Shown here one piece after another: positions 30,901 to 40,714 of a stretch of 64,000 nt of DNA; within the stretch, counting starts at the first letter, position 1; every line of letters begins with the position of its first letter. Origin of the DNA: Opitutales bacterium (GTDB lineage Bacteria; Verrucomicrobiota; Verrucomicrobiia; Opitutales; CAXXNP01). The stretch covers positions 149,241 through 213,240 of the forward strand of contig CAXXSV010000002.1 in the NCBI GenBank assembly GCA_963666595.2, read 5' to 3'. Position numbers and translations under genes: made by a program. The notes under the pieces are model-generated. The model was not told the origin of the DNA, made no database searches, and saw only the letters and a list, made by a program, of their open reading frames with translations.

Positions 30901-32127
30901 ATGGCCTTGATAGTACAGAAATTCGGCGGCACCTCGGTGCGGGACCTTGATCGCATTCATGAAGTGGCAAAGCGCATCAAGACTGATTGCGATGCCGGGC
31001 ACCAGGTCGTGATAGTTGTATCGGCCCGTTCCGGTGTTACCAACCGTCTGATAGAAGACGCCAAGGAGATATTTGCAAATCCCTCCGCTCGCGAAATGGA
31101 TATGCTTCTGGCCGCAGGCGAGCAGGAAACCATCGCCTTGACCGCCATCGCTCTGCAGTCCATCGGAGTCCCGGCCGTTTCTTTTACCGGCTCCCAGGCC
31201 GGCATCCTCACCGATAATGAGCACACCAAGGCCCGCATAGTTGATATCAAAGGTGACGAAATAAAGCGCCAACTCGATTCCGGCAAGGTGGTCATAGTGG
31301 CGGGCTTCCAGGGGTATAACAAGGACGGGCAAATCACCACCCTCGGCCGCGGAGGGTCGGACCTTACCGCCATCGCCTTGGCCGCAACGCTCAAAGCCGA
31401 CATTTGCCGAATCTGTACTGACGTGGACGGTGTTTACACCGCCGATCCCAGTGTTGTGGACGATGCCCGCAAACTTGACGAAATCGCCTATGATGAAATG
31501 CTCGAGTTGGCCAGTATGGGCTCAAGGGTCATGCAGTCCAGATCGGTTGAGTTTGCCAAGAACCATAATATTGAATTTGAAGTATGCTCCAGTTTTAACA
31601 CCAATCCCGGAACAATTGTGAAAGAAGAAATTGCATCAATGGAAGACGTCGTTGTCCGAAGCGTCGCGGCCGACAAAGACCAGGTCAAAGTAGTGGTAAG
31701 CGATCTGTCTGATAAGCCCGGCACCGCAGCCAAGGTGTTTCAAGCTCTGGCTGATGCCGATGTCAATGTGGACATGATCGTGCAGAACGTGGGCCGGGGG
31801 GGCCACGCCAACCTGACCTTTACAGTGCCGTCGGAGCAGGCCAACAGCTCTGAGGAGGCAGTAAGCAAGGTGTTGAAAAAACTGGGGAGCGGCCAAGTGG
31901 CAGTGGCTGGCCCAATAGCAAAAATTTCAGTGGTGGGGGTAGGTATGCGTACGCATTCCGGAGTGGCATCAAAATTATTCATGGCACTCGCCGATGCCGA
32001 CATCAACATACAGCTCATAAGCACTTCGGAAATTAAGATTTCCGTAGCTATTCAAGTGGACGACGCCGACAGAGCATGCCGCGCCGTCCATGATGCCTTT
32101 GAACTGAGTGCCGATGGCGCGTCATGA
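30901..32127 (+). CDS. lysC: Aspartate kinase
   Basis: VQKFGGTS, TLGRGGSD, TDVDGVYTADP, two ACT domains. Confidence 0.96.
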   Translation: MALIVQKFGGTSVRDLDRIHEVAKRIKTDCDAGHQVVIVVSARSGVTNRLIEDAKEIFANPSAREMDMLLAAGEQETIALTAIALQSIGVPAVSFTGSQAGILTDNEHTKARIVDIKGDEIKRQLDSGKVVIVAGFQGYNKDGQITTLGRGGSDLTAIALAATLKADICRICTDVDGVYTADPSVVDDARKLDEIAYDEMLELASMGSRVMQSRSVEFAKNHNIEFEVCSSFNTNPGTIVKEEIASMEDVVVRSVAADKDQVKVVVSDLSDKPGTAAKVFQALADADVNVDMIVQNVGRGGHANLTFTVPSEQANSSEEAVSKVLKKLGSGQVAVAGPIAKISVVGVGMRTHSGVASKLFMALADADINIQLISTSEIKISVAIQVDDADRACRAVHDAFELSADGAS

Positions 32128-33485
32128 ATTTCCAAAGTACGCGGGGGCAGGCTGAAGGAGTGTCCTTTTCCCGAGCCGTGGCCACCGGCCTTGCTACGGA
32201 TGGAGGACTCTATCTGCCCGAAGACCTGCCCGACCTCGGCGGGTATCTGCAGGATTGGGAAAAACTAACATATCCCGACCTCTGTTGCGCCTTCTTCCAA
32301 ATTTTTGCTGATGATATCGATCCCGATACCTTGCGGGACTTGATACACCGTTCCTACGAGAACTTCGGCCATCCGGATATCGCTCCGTTACGGCGACTTG
32401 ACGACCGCCTCTTCGTGCTCGAACTCTTTCACGGGCCTACTCTCGCGTTTAAGGATTTCGCCCTGCAAATTCTGGGCAACCTTTTTGCTGAACAAATCAG
32501 GCACTCCGGAGCCTCAATCAATGCCCTGGGTGCCACCTCGGGCGACACAGGATCCGCCGCTATACATGGGCTGTTGAGCAAGAAAGGCGTCAACATCTTT
32601 ATCCTTTACCCGGAGGGAAGGATTTCCCAACTGCAGGAGCGCCAAATGGCCTGTACCGGAGCGGCCAATGTTTACCCCCTGGCCATCGATGGCTCATTCG
32701 ACGATGCACAGCGCGCCCTGAAGGAAACTTTTGCGGACACCGGGTTCCGCGAGCAATACAGCCTCTCCGCTGTAAATTCCATTAACATTGCGCGTATAAT
32801 CGCACAATGCGTCTATTATCTCTACGCTTGGTTTCGACTGCCCGAAGACCGCAGGGAATCGGTCGAGTTTGCCGTTCCAACCGGTAATTTCGGCAATATT
32901 CTGGCAGGTTGGATGGTTCAAAAAATGGGTTTGCCCGCTGCATCATTCAAAATTTCTACGAACCAGAACGACATTCTTTACAGACTGTTCCAATCGGGAG
33001 TTTACGAGGTCAAAAAGGTCGCGCCCAGTCTGGCCCCGTCCATGGACATTCAGGTTGCCTCCAATTTTGAACGATTCCTTTTTTACGCCGAGAACAAGGA
33101 CAGCGACACGGTGCGCGCTATCATGGCCGAGCTTTTAAATACTGGAAAATACTCTTTCAACAGTTTTGACCAAGACATCTTCTCAACCTCTCGGACTACC
33201 GATGCGGAAATTTCCCAGATCATCAATCGGGTGTATAAAAAATACAGTTACGTTATCGATCCGCACACCGCTTGCGCTTTCAGCGATCTCTCTCCGGACA
33301 AGACCACCGTCGTTCTTGCCACGGCCCATCCTGCGAAATTTCCGGAAACTATTATCGAAGCAATCGGCGAGGAACCGCATGCCGAATCCCTAGAAGCGCT
33401 CAAGGACCGTCCCATTATAAAATACCACGTCGCTGCCGACAAAGCCTCCATCCAAAACTTTATCCGGGAGCATTCCACAAATTAA
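32124..33485 (+). CDS. thrC: Threonine synthase
   Basis: STRG, ELFHGPTLAFKD, ATSGDTG, PTGNFGN, TAHPAKF. Confidence 0.96.
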   Translation: MNFQSTRGQAEGVSFSRAVATGLATDGGLYLPEDLPDLGGYLQDWEKLTYPDLCCAFFQIFADDIDPDTLRDLIHRSYENFGHPDIAPLRRLDDRLFVLELFHGPTLAFKDFALQILGNLFAEQIRHSGASINALGATSGDTGSAAIHGLLSKKGVNIFILYPEGRISQLQERQMACTGAANVYPLAIDGSFDDAQRALKETFADTGFREQYSLSAVNSINIARIIAQCVYYLYAWFRLPEDRRESVEFAVPTGNFGNILAGWMVQKMGLPAASFKISTNQNDILYRLFQSGVYEVKKVAPSLAPSMDIQVASNFERFLFYAENKDSDTVRAIMAELLNTGKYSFNSFDQDIFSTSRTTDAEISQIINRVYKKYSYVIDPHTACAFSDLSPDKTTVVLATAHPAKFPETIIEAIGEEPHAESLEALKDRPIIKYHVAADKASIQNFIREHSTN

Positions 33486-33587
33486 ACCAACCCGGATCCG
33501 GGCATCCTAATATTGGTTCCTTAGAGAAAGGTTGTAAACTCAACCCGACTCCCTAACCTGAATTTTTCATTCTTTTTCATCTCACCG

Positions 33588-35186
33588 ATGGCCGATAAAC
33601 CAAAAATCATCATCTACGATACAACCTTGCGTGACGGCACTCAGGGCGAAAACGTATCCTTTACGGTTACGTCCAAACTCCGGCTTACAGAGAAGCTGGA
33701 CCAGTTTGGGATCGATTATATCGAAGGAGGATGGCCGGGGTCTAATCCGCGTGACATGGCATATTTTGAGGAAGTCGCGGGTATCAAACTCGAACACGCC
33801 AAGGTTGCGGCTTTCGGATCCACCCGCCGAGCCAATCAAAAGGTCGAAGACGACCCGCAAATCAAACTCCTGCTCGATTCCAACACCCCCGTTATCACCA
33901 TCTTCGGCAAAAGCTGGCTCCTCCACGTCTTACAGGTATTGCGCACCACCGAAGAGGAAAACTTGCTCATGATTGAAGATTCGGTGCGCTTCCTGGCCGA
34001 GCAGGGCAGGGAAGTCATATACGACGCCGAGCACTTCTTCGACGGGTATGCGGACAACCGCGATTACGCAGTTGCCACTCTTGAAGCCGCCGCAAAAGGC
34101 GGTGCCCATTACCTTGTTCTTTGCGACACTAATGGCGGCCGCCTCGTTGACGAGATTGGCGAAGCGACCGCGGCCATGGTTTCACGATTTCCCGACAACC
34201 TCATAGGCGCTCACTGCCACAACGATTCGGGCGTCGGCGTAGCGGTTTCGCTCTCCGCGGTAAAGGCCGGAGCCACTATGGTCCATGGCACCATGAATGG
34301 TTACGGCGAGCGCAACGGAAATGCCAACCTGACCTCGATCATTCCCAACCTAGCGCTCAAATTGAACTATTCTCTCAACTGCGCGGCACACTTGAACAAA
34401 CTCCGCGACCTCTCCCTGTTCGTAGACGATTCGGCAAACCTCAGGCCCGATATTCGAGCACCCTATGTCGGGGCCAGCTCCTTCGCGCACAAAGGCGGCG
34501 TGCACGCCAATGCGGCTTCCAAGGTTGCCCGCAGCTATGAACATATCGAGCCGGGATTGGTGGGCAACCGCCAGCGCGTCCTCATATCCGACCTCTCCGG
34601 CCGTAGCAGCATCATGATGAAGGCCCACGAAATCGGTATCGACCTCGATGAAAAATCCGATGCCATGAAAAACCTTCTCGAAGAACTCAAGCAGCTCGAA
34701 TTCCGCGGTTACGAATTCGAATCGGCTGACGCCTCTTTTAAACTCCTCCTGAACAAGTGGCTGAAAAAGAAAAAAGATTACTTCGAACTCATCAGCTACA
34801 AGGTAACCACCCAATGCGACGAAAAAAAAGGCAAAATGATATCGGAAGCCTCCGTGGAACTCAAAGTTGAGGACGAAATCCATCAATCAGTGGCTGAAGC
34901 AACGGGGCCCGTCGGTGCCCTCGACCACGCCCTGCGCAAGGCATTAGCCAAGTCCTATCCTTCCATCAACGATGTTGTACTCAAAGACTACAAAGTACGC
35001 ATCCTCGATACCGGCAAGGGAGCCGATGCACGCATACTGGTGCAAATCGAATCCTCCGACGGTAAAGAATTTTGGGGCACCGTCGGCGCCAGCGACAATA
35101 TAATCGAAGCCAGCTGGGAAGCCCTCAAAGACTCCGTCGAATACAAACTCCAGCGAGAAGACGAATTGAAAGAAGGAGCCACCTAA
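33588..35186 (+). CDS. cimA: Citramalate synthase
   Basis: YDTTLRDG, EGGWPGSNP, YDAEHFFDG, AHKGGVH, LeuA-type regulatory C-terminus. Confidence 0.9.
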   Translation: MADKPKIIIYDTTLRDGTQGENVSFTVTSKLRLTEKLDQFGIDYIEGGWPGSNPRDMAYFEEVAGIKLEHAKVAAFGSTRRANQKVEDDPQIKLLLDSNTPVITIFGKSWLLHVLQVLRTTEEENLLMIEDSVRFLAEQGREVIYDAEHFFDGYADNRDYAVATLEAAAKGGAHYLVLCDTNGGRLVDEIGEATAAMVSRFPDNLIGAHCHNDSGVGVAVSLSAVKAGATMVHGTMNGYGERNGNANLTSIIPNLALKLNYSLNCAAHLNKLRDLSLFVDDSANLRPDIRAPYVGASSFAHKGGVHANAASKVARSYEHIEPGLVGNRQRVLISDLSGRSSIMMKAHEIGIDLDEKSDAMKNLLEELKQLEFRGYEFESADASFKLLLNKWLKKKKDYFELISYKVTTQCDEKKGKMISEASVELKVEDEIHQSVAEATGPVGALDHALRKALAKSYPSINDVVLKDYKVRILDTGKGADARILVQIESSDGKEFWGTVGASDNIIEASWEALKDSVEYKLQREDELKEGAT

Positions 35187-35217
35187 TTCCCATCCTCATA
35201 ATCCCTTCCCTTGCCGC

Positions 35218-35250
35218 GCCATAGTCCCGCGGCTGCGGGACGACGGCAGG
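35218..35250. repeat. GC-rich REP-like hairpin or bidirectional terminator between convergent cimA and the hydrolase gene
   Basis: GTCCCGC-GGCT-GCGGGAC perfect 7-bp stem (35224-35241); a related copy lies at 58284-58308. Confidence 0.55.
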
Positions 35251-35261
35251 TGATTTCCTGT

Positions 35262-36074
35262 TTAAATCTTGCCGAGAAGATATAACCATCTTTGCCACGC
35301 CGACATCATTGCTCTGCGGTTAGGCATTTCCCCGGTCTCGGTTTCTCCCCTGCGCATGAAGGCATGCCGGGCGCCATCGTATATAACCGGATCATACGTT
35401 TTTCCATTTTCCTTCATCCACTTTTCGGTTTCGGGGATGGTCGCGTTAATGCGATTGTCGTCCTCACCGTAAAATCCGTAAACCGGGCATACGATGTGCT
35501 CGATACCCGATTCCGGCGCGCGGCCGTAAAAAACAGACGCGGCTGAGAGGTCACCACGGTTTGTGGCAAAACGAAAAGTCTGCGAACCTCCCCAGCAGAA
35601 ACCGCCGACGGCGAGACGGCCGTTACAGGGCGGAATCGCCTTAACGTAATTTGCCGTCGCGTTCAAAGCCGCGGTCACAAAATCCGGTTTCAGCTCGTAA
35701 ATAGCCTTGCGGGCATCGTCGGTAGTCGGGAAATCGGAAGTTCCGCCGCCGTCCGGCGCCATCCCCGAAATCAAGTCTGGAGCGATTGCCAGATACCCCT
35801 CTTCGGCCAAACGGTCGGCCACTGACCGCGCCCAATCATTCAACCCACGGTTTTCATGAATAACCAGAACCGCCGTCACCTTCCCTGTAACCTCGGGGAA
35901 AACCAGGAAAGCCTTAATCGAACCCCCGTCAAATTCGATATTCACCCACTCCTGGTGCCGCGGCGAATTCACAAGGCGCTCAAGCGCAGAGTCTTCAGCC
36001 CACGCCTGAACCCCCAAAAGGCACACCATAGAAAAAATAAAAATCTCCCGCAACCTCATATCACCCAAAAGCAT
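35262..36074 (-). CDS. Dienelactone hydrolase family protein, probably exported
   Basis: IHENRGLN, APDL, GFCWGG nucleophile elbow, FYG, HAF; N-terminal signal-like segment. Confidence 0.9.
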   Translation of the reverse strand: MLLGDMRLREIFIFSMVCLLGVQAWAEDSALERLVNSPRHQEWVNIEFDGGSIKAFLVFPEVTGKVTAVLVIHENRGLNDWARSVADRLAEEGYLAIAPDLISGMAPDGGGTSDFPTTDDARKAIYELKPDFVTAALNATANYVKAIPPCNGRLAVGGFCWGGSQTFRFATNRGDLSAASVFYGRAPESGIEHIVCPVYGFYGEDDNRINATIPETEKWMKENGKTYDPVIYDGARHAFMRRGETETGEMPNRRAMMSAWQRWLYLLGKI

Positions 36075-36242
36075 GATAAAAACAAAAATTTAAAACAACA
36101 ACAAACCAAAACTAAAAATAATAAAAACCGGTCCTTAAAACCTGACCCCTATTAAAAATATTCATTTGGCAAGAGTGGTAACGGTTAGCTACAAACATAA
36201 GGGTTTGACCCCCGTTTGCTAAATTATCCTCCGTTCGCCGAC

Positions 36243-36845
36243 TCAAACGGCCAGATCTTCGGGACAGCAGGATTTTATGATTTCGGGATTGAGGTGACCT
36301 GCCTCAGCCGCTATTTGAGCAAGAGTGTAGCGGGGCGTGATATGTTGAGGGCAGTTCCAGTCATAGCCACGGATGCGCAGGATGATGACCCGCTCCACGT
36401 GAGCTTTGTAATTATCTTGGGTGAGTTGTTTCACCAGGTCCAGCTCATCCGATGCGTCACGAATCTCGGCCTCAGCCCAAATCTTCAGGCGCTGTTGGGT
36501 GGGGTAGTCGAGGAGGATGAGTGAGGCCCGCCGCGTATCAGTGATGTTGCCGGCGCTGATGTATTGTCGGTTGCCGCGGAAGTCGGCGAATCCGAGTGTC
36601 GTGTCGTCCAGAACGTGCAGGAATCCCGGGGGTCCGCCACGGAATTGCACGTAAGGCCAGCCGTTTTCCCCGACCGTCGCCATGTAAAAACTATCGCGCG
36701 ACTCGATGAAAGGCTTCTCGCGGTCAGTCAGGACAAAGCGATCGCCGGATTGCTCCATTTTTGCATAGGACATTCTGGAGCCATACTTTTCCTGGATACT
36801 CTTTACTGTGTCAGTAAAGGCTAGCTTGGTGAAGTTTTCGTTCAT
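36243..36845 (-). CDS. Pyridoxamine 5'-phosphate oxidase-like FMN-binding protein
   Basis: FYMATV, PYVQFRGG, ADFRGNRQY, DWNCPQHITPR. Confidence 0.88.
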   Translation of the reverse strand: MNENFTKLAFTDTVKSIQEKYGSRMSYAKMEQSGDRFVLTDREKPFIESRDSFYMATVGENGWPYVQFRGGPPGFLHVLDDTTLGFADFRGNRQYISAGNITDTRRASLILLDYPTQQRLKIWAEAEIRDASDELDLVKQLTQDNYKAHVERVIILRIRGYDWNCPQHITPRYTLAQIAAEAGHLNPEIIKSCCPEDLAV

Positions 36846-36994
36846 GATAATTAGGGCTTAGGAGACTAACTTTCTTGTAGGCAGCGTTGACGCATCTGTC
36901 AATTAGGTAATCGCTAAGTTAGTCGTGCCTGAATCGAATATCTGACAGAAAAAAATACCTTTCCTCTGTGACTCTGGGAATGTAGTTTACGGAA

Positions 36995-38488
36995 ATGTCT
37001 TTTATACTAGCGCTTGATCAGGGGACTACGAGTTCCAGAGCTATTGTGTTTAATAAGTCGGGCGCAATTCAGGGGGTAGCCCAGAGGGAATTTGAACAGT
37101 TTTTCCCCGAGTCCGGTTGGGTGGAGCATGACGCCGGAGAAATCTGGGAATCGCAACTGGATGTGGCCAAGGAGGCGCTTTTGGCCTCAAAAATAGAGGC
37201 CTCGGACTTGGCCGCCATCGGTATAACCAATCAGCGGGAGACGACGGTGGTATGGGATCGTACTACAAGAAAGCCTATCGCGCCGGCTATTGTTTGGCAG
37301 GATCGGCGAACTGCTGGCTTTTGCGATGAATTGAAGGCAGACGACCTTGCCAAAACTATCCAGGAGAAAACGGGCCTGGTAATCGACGCTTATTTTTCGG
37401 GAACCAAGTTGCGCTGGTTGCTGGACAATGTGCCCGGCGCGCGAGCAAAAGCTGAAGCTGGAGAACTGGCTTTCGGAACTATCGATTCGTGGCTAATATG
37501 GAATCTGACCGGTGGCAAAAAGCATGTTACGGATGTTTCCAACGCCTCGCGCACCATGCTTTTCGATATCCATAAAGGTGATTGGGACGCCGAATTGCTG
37601 GAGATGTTGCAGATACCCGCTGCCGTATTGCCGGAGGTTTGTTCCTCCAGCGAGGTTTACGGCGAGACGGAGCCTGAAATATTAGGTCGAGCCGTGCCGA
37701 TCGCGGGTATTGCGGGCGATCAGCAAGCCGCGTTATTCGGCCAAATGTGCCTGGAACCGGGGATGGTGAAAAATACTTACGGCACCGGTTGCTTTATATT
37801 GATGAATACCGGGGAGCAGGCAGCGTCCTCGCGCAATCAACTTCTTTCAACGGTGGCCTGGCGGATCGGCTCGCAAACGGTCTATGCCCTGGAGGGCAGT
37901 GTTTTTATCGCAGGTGCGGTTGTGCAATGGCTGCGGGATGGTCTGAAAATTATCAGTGATTCCAGCGAAGTGGAAGGGCTGGCCGCCTCGGTGCCCGACA
38001 ATGGAGGCGTTTATTTAGTGCCGGCTTTCACGGGACTTGGCGCTCCGCATTGGGATCCTTACGCTCGAGGCGCAATTATCGGTCTCACTCGTGACAGCTC
38101 CGCTGCGCACATCGCTCGTGCTGCCCTGGAATCCATAGCTTACCAGGTAGCCGATGCTGTGACTGCGATGCAGGATGACGCCGGATTCTCTTTAACCGAA
38201 TTGCGTGTAGATGGCGGAGCTTCAGTCAATGACCTCTTAATGCAGTTTCAAGCCGATGTGCTGGGCGTTCCCGTAGTGCGTTCACAGATGGCGGAAGCGA
38301 CTGCACTGGGGGCGGCTTACCTGGCCGGTCTGGCAGTGGGATACTGGGAAGACATAAAAACTATCTCTTCACAATGGAAGGCCCAAAAAGTTTTCGAGCC
38401 GAAAATCTCGGAGTCCGAGCGCCGAGATTTAAGGGAACAGTGGACCCGGGCGGTGGAACGTTCAAAAGGGTGGGCGCGGCAGTCCTGA
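36995..38488 (+). CDS. glpK: Glycerol kinase
   Basis: [40 protein letters not shown]. Confidence 0.97.
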   Translation: MSFILALDQGTTSSRAIVFNKSGAIQGVAQREFEQFFPESGWVEHDAGEIWESQLDVAKEALLASKIEASDLAAIGITNQRETTVVWDRTTRKPIAPAIVWQDRRTAGFCDELKADDLAKTIQEKTGLVIDAYFSGTKLRWLLDNVPGARAKAEAGELAFGTIDSWLIWNLTGGKKHVTDVSNASRTMLFDIHKGDWDAELLEMLQIPAAVLPEVCSSSEVYGETEPEILGRAVPIAGIAGDQQAALFGQMCLEPGMVKNTYGTGCFILMNTGEQAASSRNQLLSTVAWRIGSQTVYALEGSVFIAGAVVQWLRDGLKIISDSSEVEGLAASVPDNGGVYLVPAFTGLGAPHWDPYARGAIIGLTRDSSAAHIARAALESIAYQVADAVTAMQDDAGFSLTELRVDGGASVNDLLMQFQADVLGVPVVRSQMAEATALGAAYLAGLAVGYWEDIKTISSQWKAQKVFEPKISESERRDLREQWTRAVERSKGWARQS

Positions 38489-38545
38489 GACTTCTGATAG
38501 TTGAGGAACGAGCAGCAGGGCGGGCAACAGAAATCCGTTTAGCTG

Positions 38546-39652
38546 TCAGGCGGGGATCCCATTTTGCTTTAGGGGCAATTGAATAAAGAAGTTTGTGCCT
38601 TCTCCCGTTGCGGTTTTGAAGTGAATTGTACCGCCGTGGGCTTCAATAATGGATTTTGCGATGGCGGTTCCCAGTCCGGTTCCCCTGGTCTTTCCGTGGG
38701 TGACAAACGGCTCAAAGAAATGAGGGCGAATTTCTGGTGGAATGCCACCGGCATTATCGGCGATTTTCATCACCAGGTTGTCATCCCCTGAGCACTCTGC
38801 AGTAATTGAGATACGGCCTTCAGCGTCATCAAAAGCATCTATGGCGTTGCTTACCAGGTTTTGCAATACGCGCAGCAACTTGCTTTCCTCTCCCTCGAAA
38901 TTGATGCTGGGGACGGATATGCTCAGAGCGATCTTATCTTGATGAAAGTATGGAGCGTTCAGCTCCTTAAAGTTTTTGAGGAGTGTTTTTAAATTGAGGG
39001 TCGTGGTATTGAGGTTTTGTTGACCCCGCGAAAATTCGCTCAGTTCCTCCGCCATGCCGACCATGCGCTTGATTTGGTCCTCGATGGTATTGCATATTTT
39101 GTTAGTCTTTTTGTCGTCGTGCAGTTTGCTGATCATCTGGGTGCCGAGACTGATCAGGGTAAAGGGGTTTTTAAAATCGTGGATTATCGAGTTCATTATA
39201 TTGCCGACCATCGCCATTTTTTCCTGTTGTATCATGTCATCGATATAATGGCGGGTGGTGTCGTGCAGGTGGTCTACGACGCTTTGAAGGATACTTCCAA
39301 TTGGCCCCGGTGTCTTATTAATATATTCAATGAGCGCCTCCTTGGGAATCTTGGCCACTTCAACTGTGCCCCGTGATTCGGCCCGCAGGGCACGGGCGCT
39401 GTCGGTAACCAGGCCGATCTCGCCAAAAAATTCCCCCGCCTTCGAATAACTGACCGTACGGTAATCGCCTCCGGGAAGTTTTTTGCGAAAAGCAATCTCG
39501 CCCTCGAGGATAAGAAGTATACCGTCGGAAGCGCTCCCTTCCTCGAAAATTACGGAATCTGGTGGGTATTTATGGTGAACGGCTACATCCGCCAAGGCGG
39601 AAATATGTTCCGGTTTCACATTTTTAAAGAAGGGATGCGATGTTGTATCCAT
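38546..39652 (-). CDS. Cyclic-nucleotide-binding domain sensor histidine kinase
   Basis: cNMP domain (IFEEG...FFGEIGL....R), H-box HDFKNP, N-box NLVSNA, DNAGGI, GTGLG; start at MDTTS. Confidence 0.9.
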   Translation of the reverse strand: MDTTSHPFFKNVKPEHISALADVAVHHKYPPDSVIFEEGSASDGILLILEGEIAFRKKLPGGDYRTVSYSKAGEFFGEIGLVTDSARALRAESRGTVEVAKIPKEALIEYINKTPGPIGSILQSVVDHLHDTTRHYIDDMIQQEKMAMVGNIMNSIIHDFKNPFTLISLGTQMISKLHDDKKTNKICNTIEDQIKRMVGMAEELSEFSRGQQNLNTTTLNLKTLLKNFKELNAPYFHQDKIALSISVPSINFEGEESKLLRVLQNLVSNAIDAFDDAEGRISITAECSGDDNLVMKIADNAGGIPPEIRPHFFEPFVTHGKTRGTGLGTAIAKSIIEAHGGTIHFKTATGEGTNFFIQLPLKQNGIPA

Positions 39653-39819
39653 TTGATGCGGCCATAAATGATGTCTACGGGTATTCCTAATTGCGGCGCA
39701 AAGCAAAACAGTCAAGACATATCCGGACAGTCCTGAATAGCGGTTAAATAGGCAGCTCTTAAGCTATTAATTAGCAAATAGTTACAAAAATATCTTCAAT
39801 GAACAAGAAAAAAATGCAA

Positions 39820-39870
39820 TATATCTTTACTATTCTGCCTATTATAGTAAGGATATAAGGCTATATATCC
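39820..39870. promoter_or_regulatory. Inverted-repeat operator candidate upstream of cysHCDN
   Basis: TATATCTTTACTAT-N10-ATAGTAAGGATATA (14-bp arms, 1 mismatch), plus overlapping GGATATA-N6-TATATCC. Confidence 0.5.
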
Positions 39871-39892
39871 TTGAGGCGACCGATAAGACCAT

Positions 39893-40612
39893 ATGCAATT
39901 TTCACCACAAGAGCTTAGAGAAGCTGACCAAAAACTGGAAGCGATGACCGCTCCAGAACGCATACACTGGGCCGCCGATACGTTTGGAAACAATCTGATG
40001 CTGAGCACAAGTTTCGGCATCCAGTCCGCCGTCATGCTTCATTTGGCCACCAGGGTTAATCCATGCATCCCGATAATCTTTATCGATACCGGCTACCTCT
40101 TTCGGGAGACATATCTTTTCGCGCTCCGCCTTACCCGACAACTCAATCTTAATCTTAAGAAATATAAACCCTTGATAAGTCCTGAGGAACAGGAGGCCGC
40201 CGATGGACTCTTATGGGAAAAAGGCAAGGAAGGATTGGAGAAGTATAATTTTACCCGGAAAGTCGAGCCGATGAACCGCGCGCTGCAAGAGCTTGGGGCA
40301 AATGCCTGGATGGCCGGATTGCGACACGATCAAGCCCAATCTCGTAAAAACTTACCGGTTCTTCAAAAACAAAACAAAATTATAAAAATCCATCCCATCA
40401 TCGATTGGGCCGATGAGGATGTTCACAAATACATACAAAAACACAACCTTCCAACGCATCCACTCTCGGAGGAAGGTTATGTATCGGTCGGCGATTGGCA
40501 CAGCACTTCAAAGTTGGACGAAGGTATGCTCCCGGAAAACACTCGTTTTAACGGAGTAAAACGTGAATGTGGCCTTCACGAGCTTTCTAACCGCATCGAT
40601 TTTCAAATTTAA
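39893..40612 (+). CDS. cysH: Phosphoadenylyl-sulfate (PAPS) reductase
   Basis: STSFG, DTGYLF, GYVSVGD, ECGLH; lacks the CC and CxxC Fe-S ligands of APS reductases. Confidence 0.93.
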   Translation: MQFSPQELREADQKLEAMTAPERIHWAADTFGNNLMLSTSFGIQSAVMLHLATRVNPCIPIIFIDTGYLFRETYLFALRLTRQLNLNLKKYKPLISPEEQEAADGLLWEKGKEGLEKYNFTRKVEPMNRALQELGANAWMAGLRHDQAQSRKNLPVLQKQNKIIKIHPIIDWADEDVHKYIQKHNLPTHPLSEEGYVSVGDWHSTSKLDEGMLPENTRFNGVKRECGLHELSNRIDFQI

Positions 40613-40714
40613 ATCATCCGGCAGCCAGGAATCAAAACTAACAGACTTGCTGGCAACGATTTGAGTTTGGTTTTTTTGAACCGGGTTCCGTAAAAATAAC
40701 GGCCTAGATTAATT

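Noticed and set aside
30451-31332. 293-aa antisense ORF across hom/lysC (also 46573-47313, 21741-22433, 7268-7900, 8415-9050)
   Set aside because: Shadow ORFs opposite well-conserved genes, with no recognisable motifs.
35856-36155. 99-aa Lys/Asn/Gln-rich ORF
   Set aside because: A by-product of the A/C-skewed tract, antisense to the hydrolase gene.
36075-36242. Possible oriC or dif at the skew switch
   Set aside because: No cluster of TTATCCACA DnaA boxes, no dnaA/dnaN/gidA context and no recognisable XerC/XerD dif arms; the skew appears local. Not fully excluded without the whole genome.
39893-40612. APS reductase assignment
   Set aside because: Lacks the CC and CxxC cluster ligands, and cysC is adjacent, consistent with PAPS reductase.
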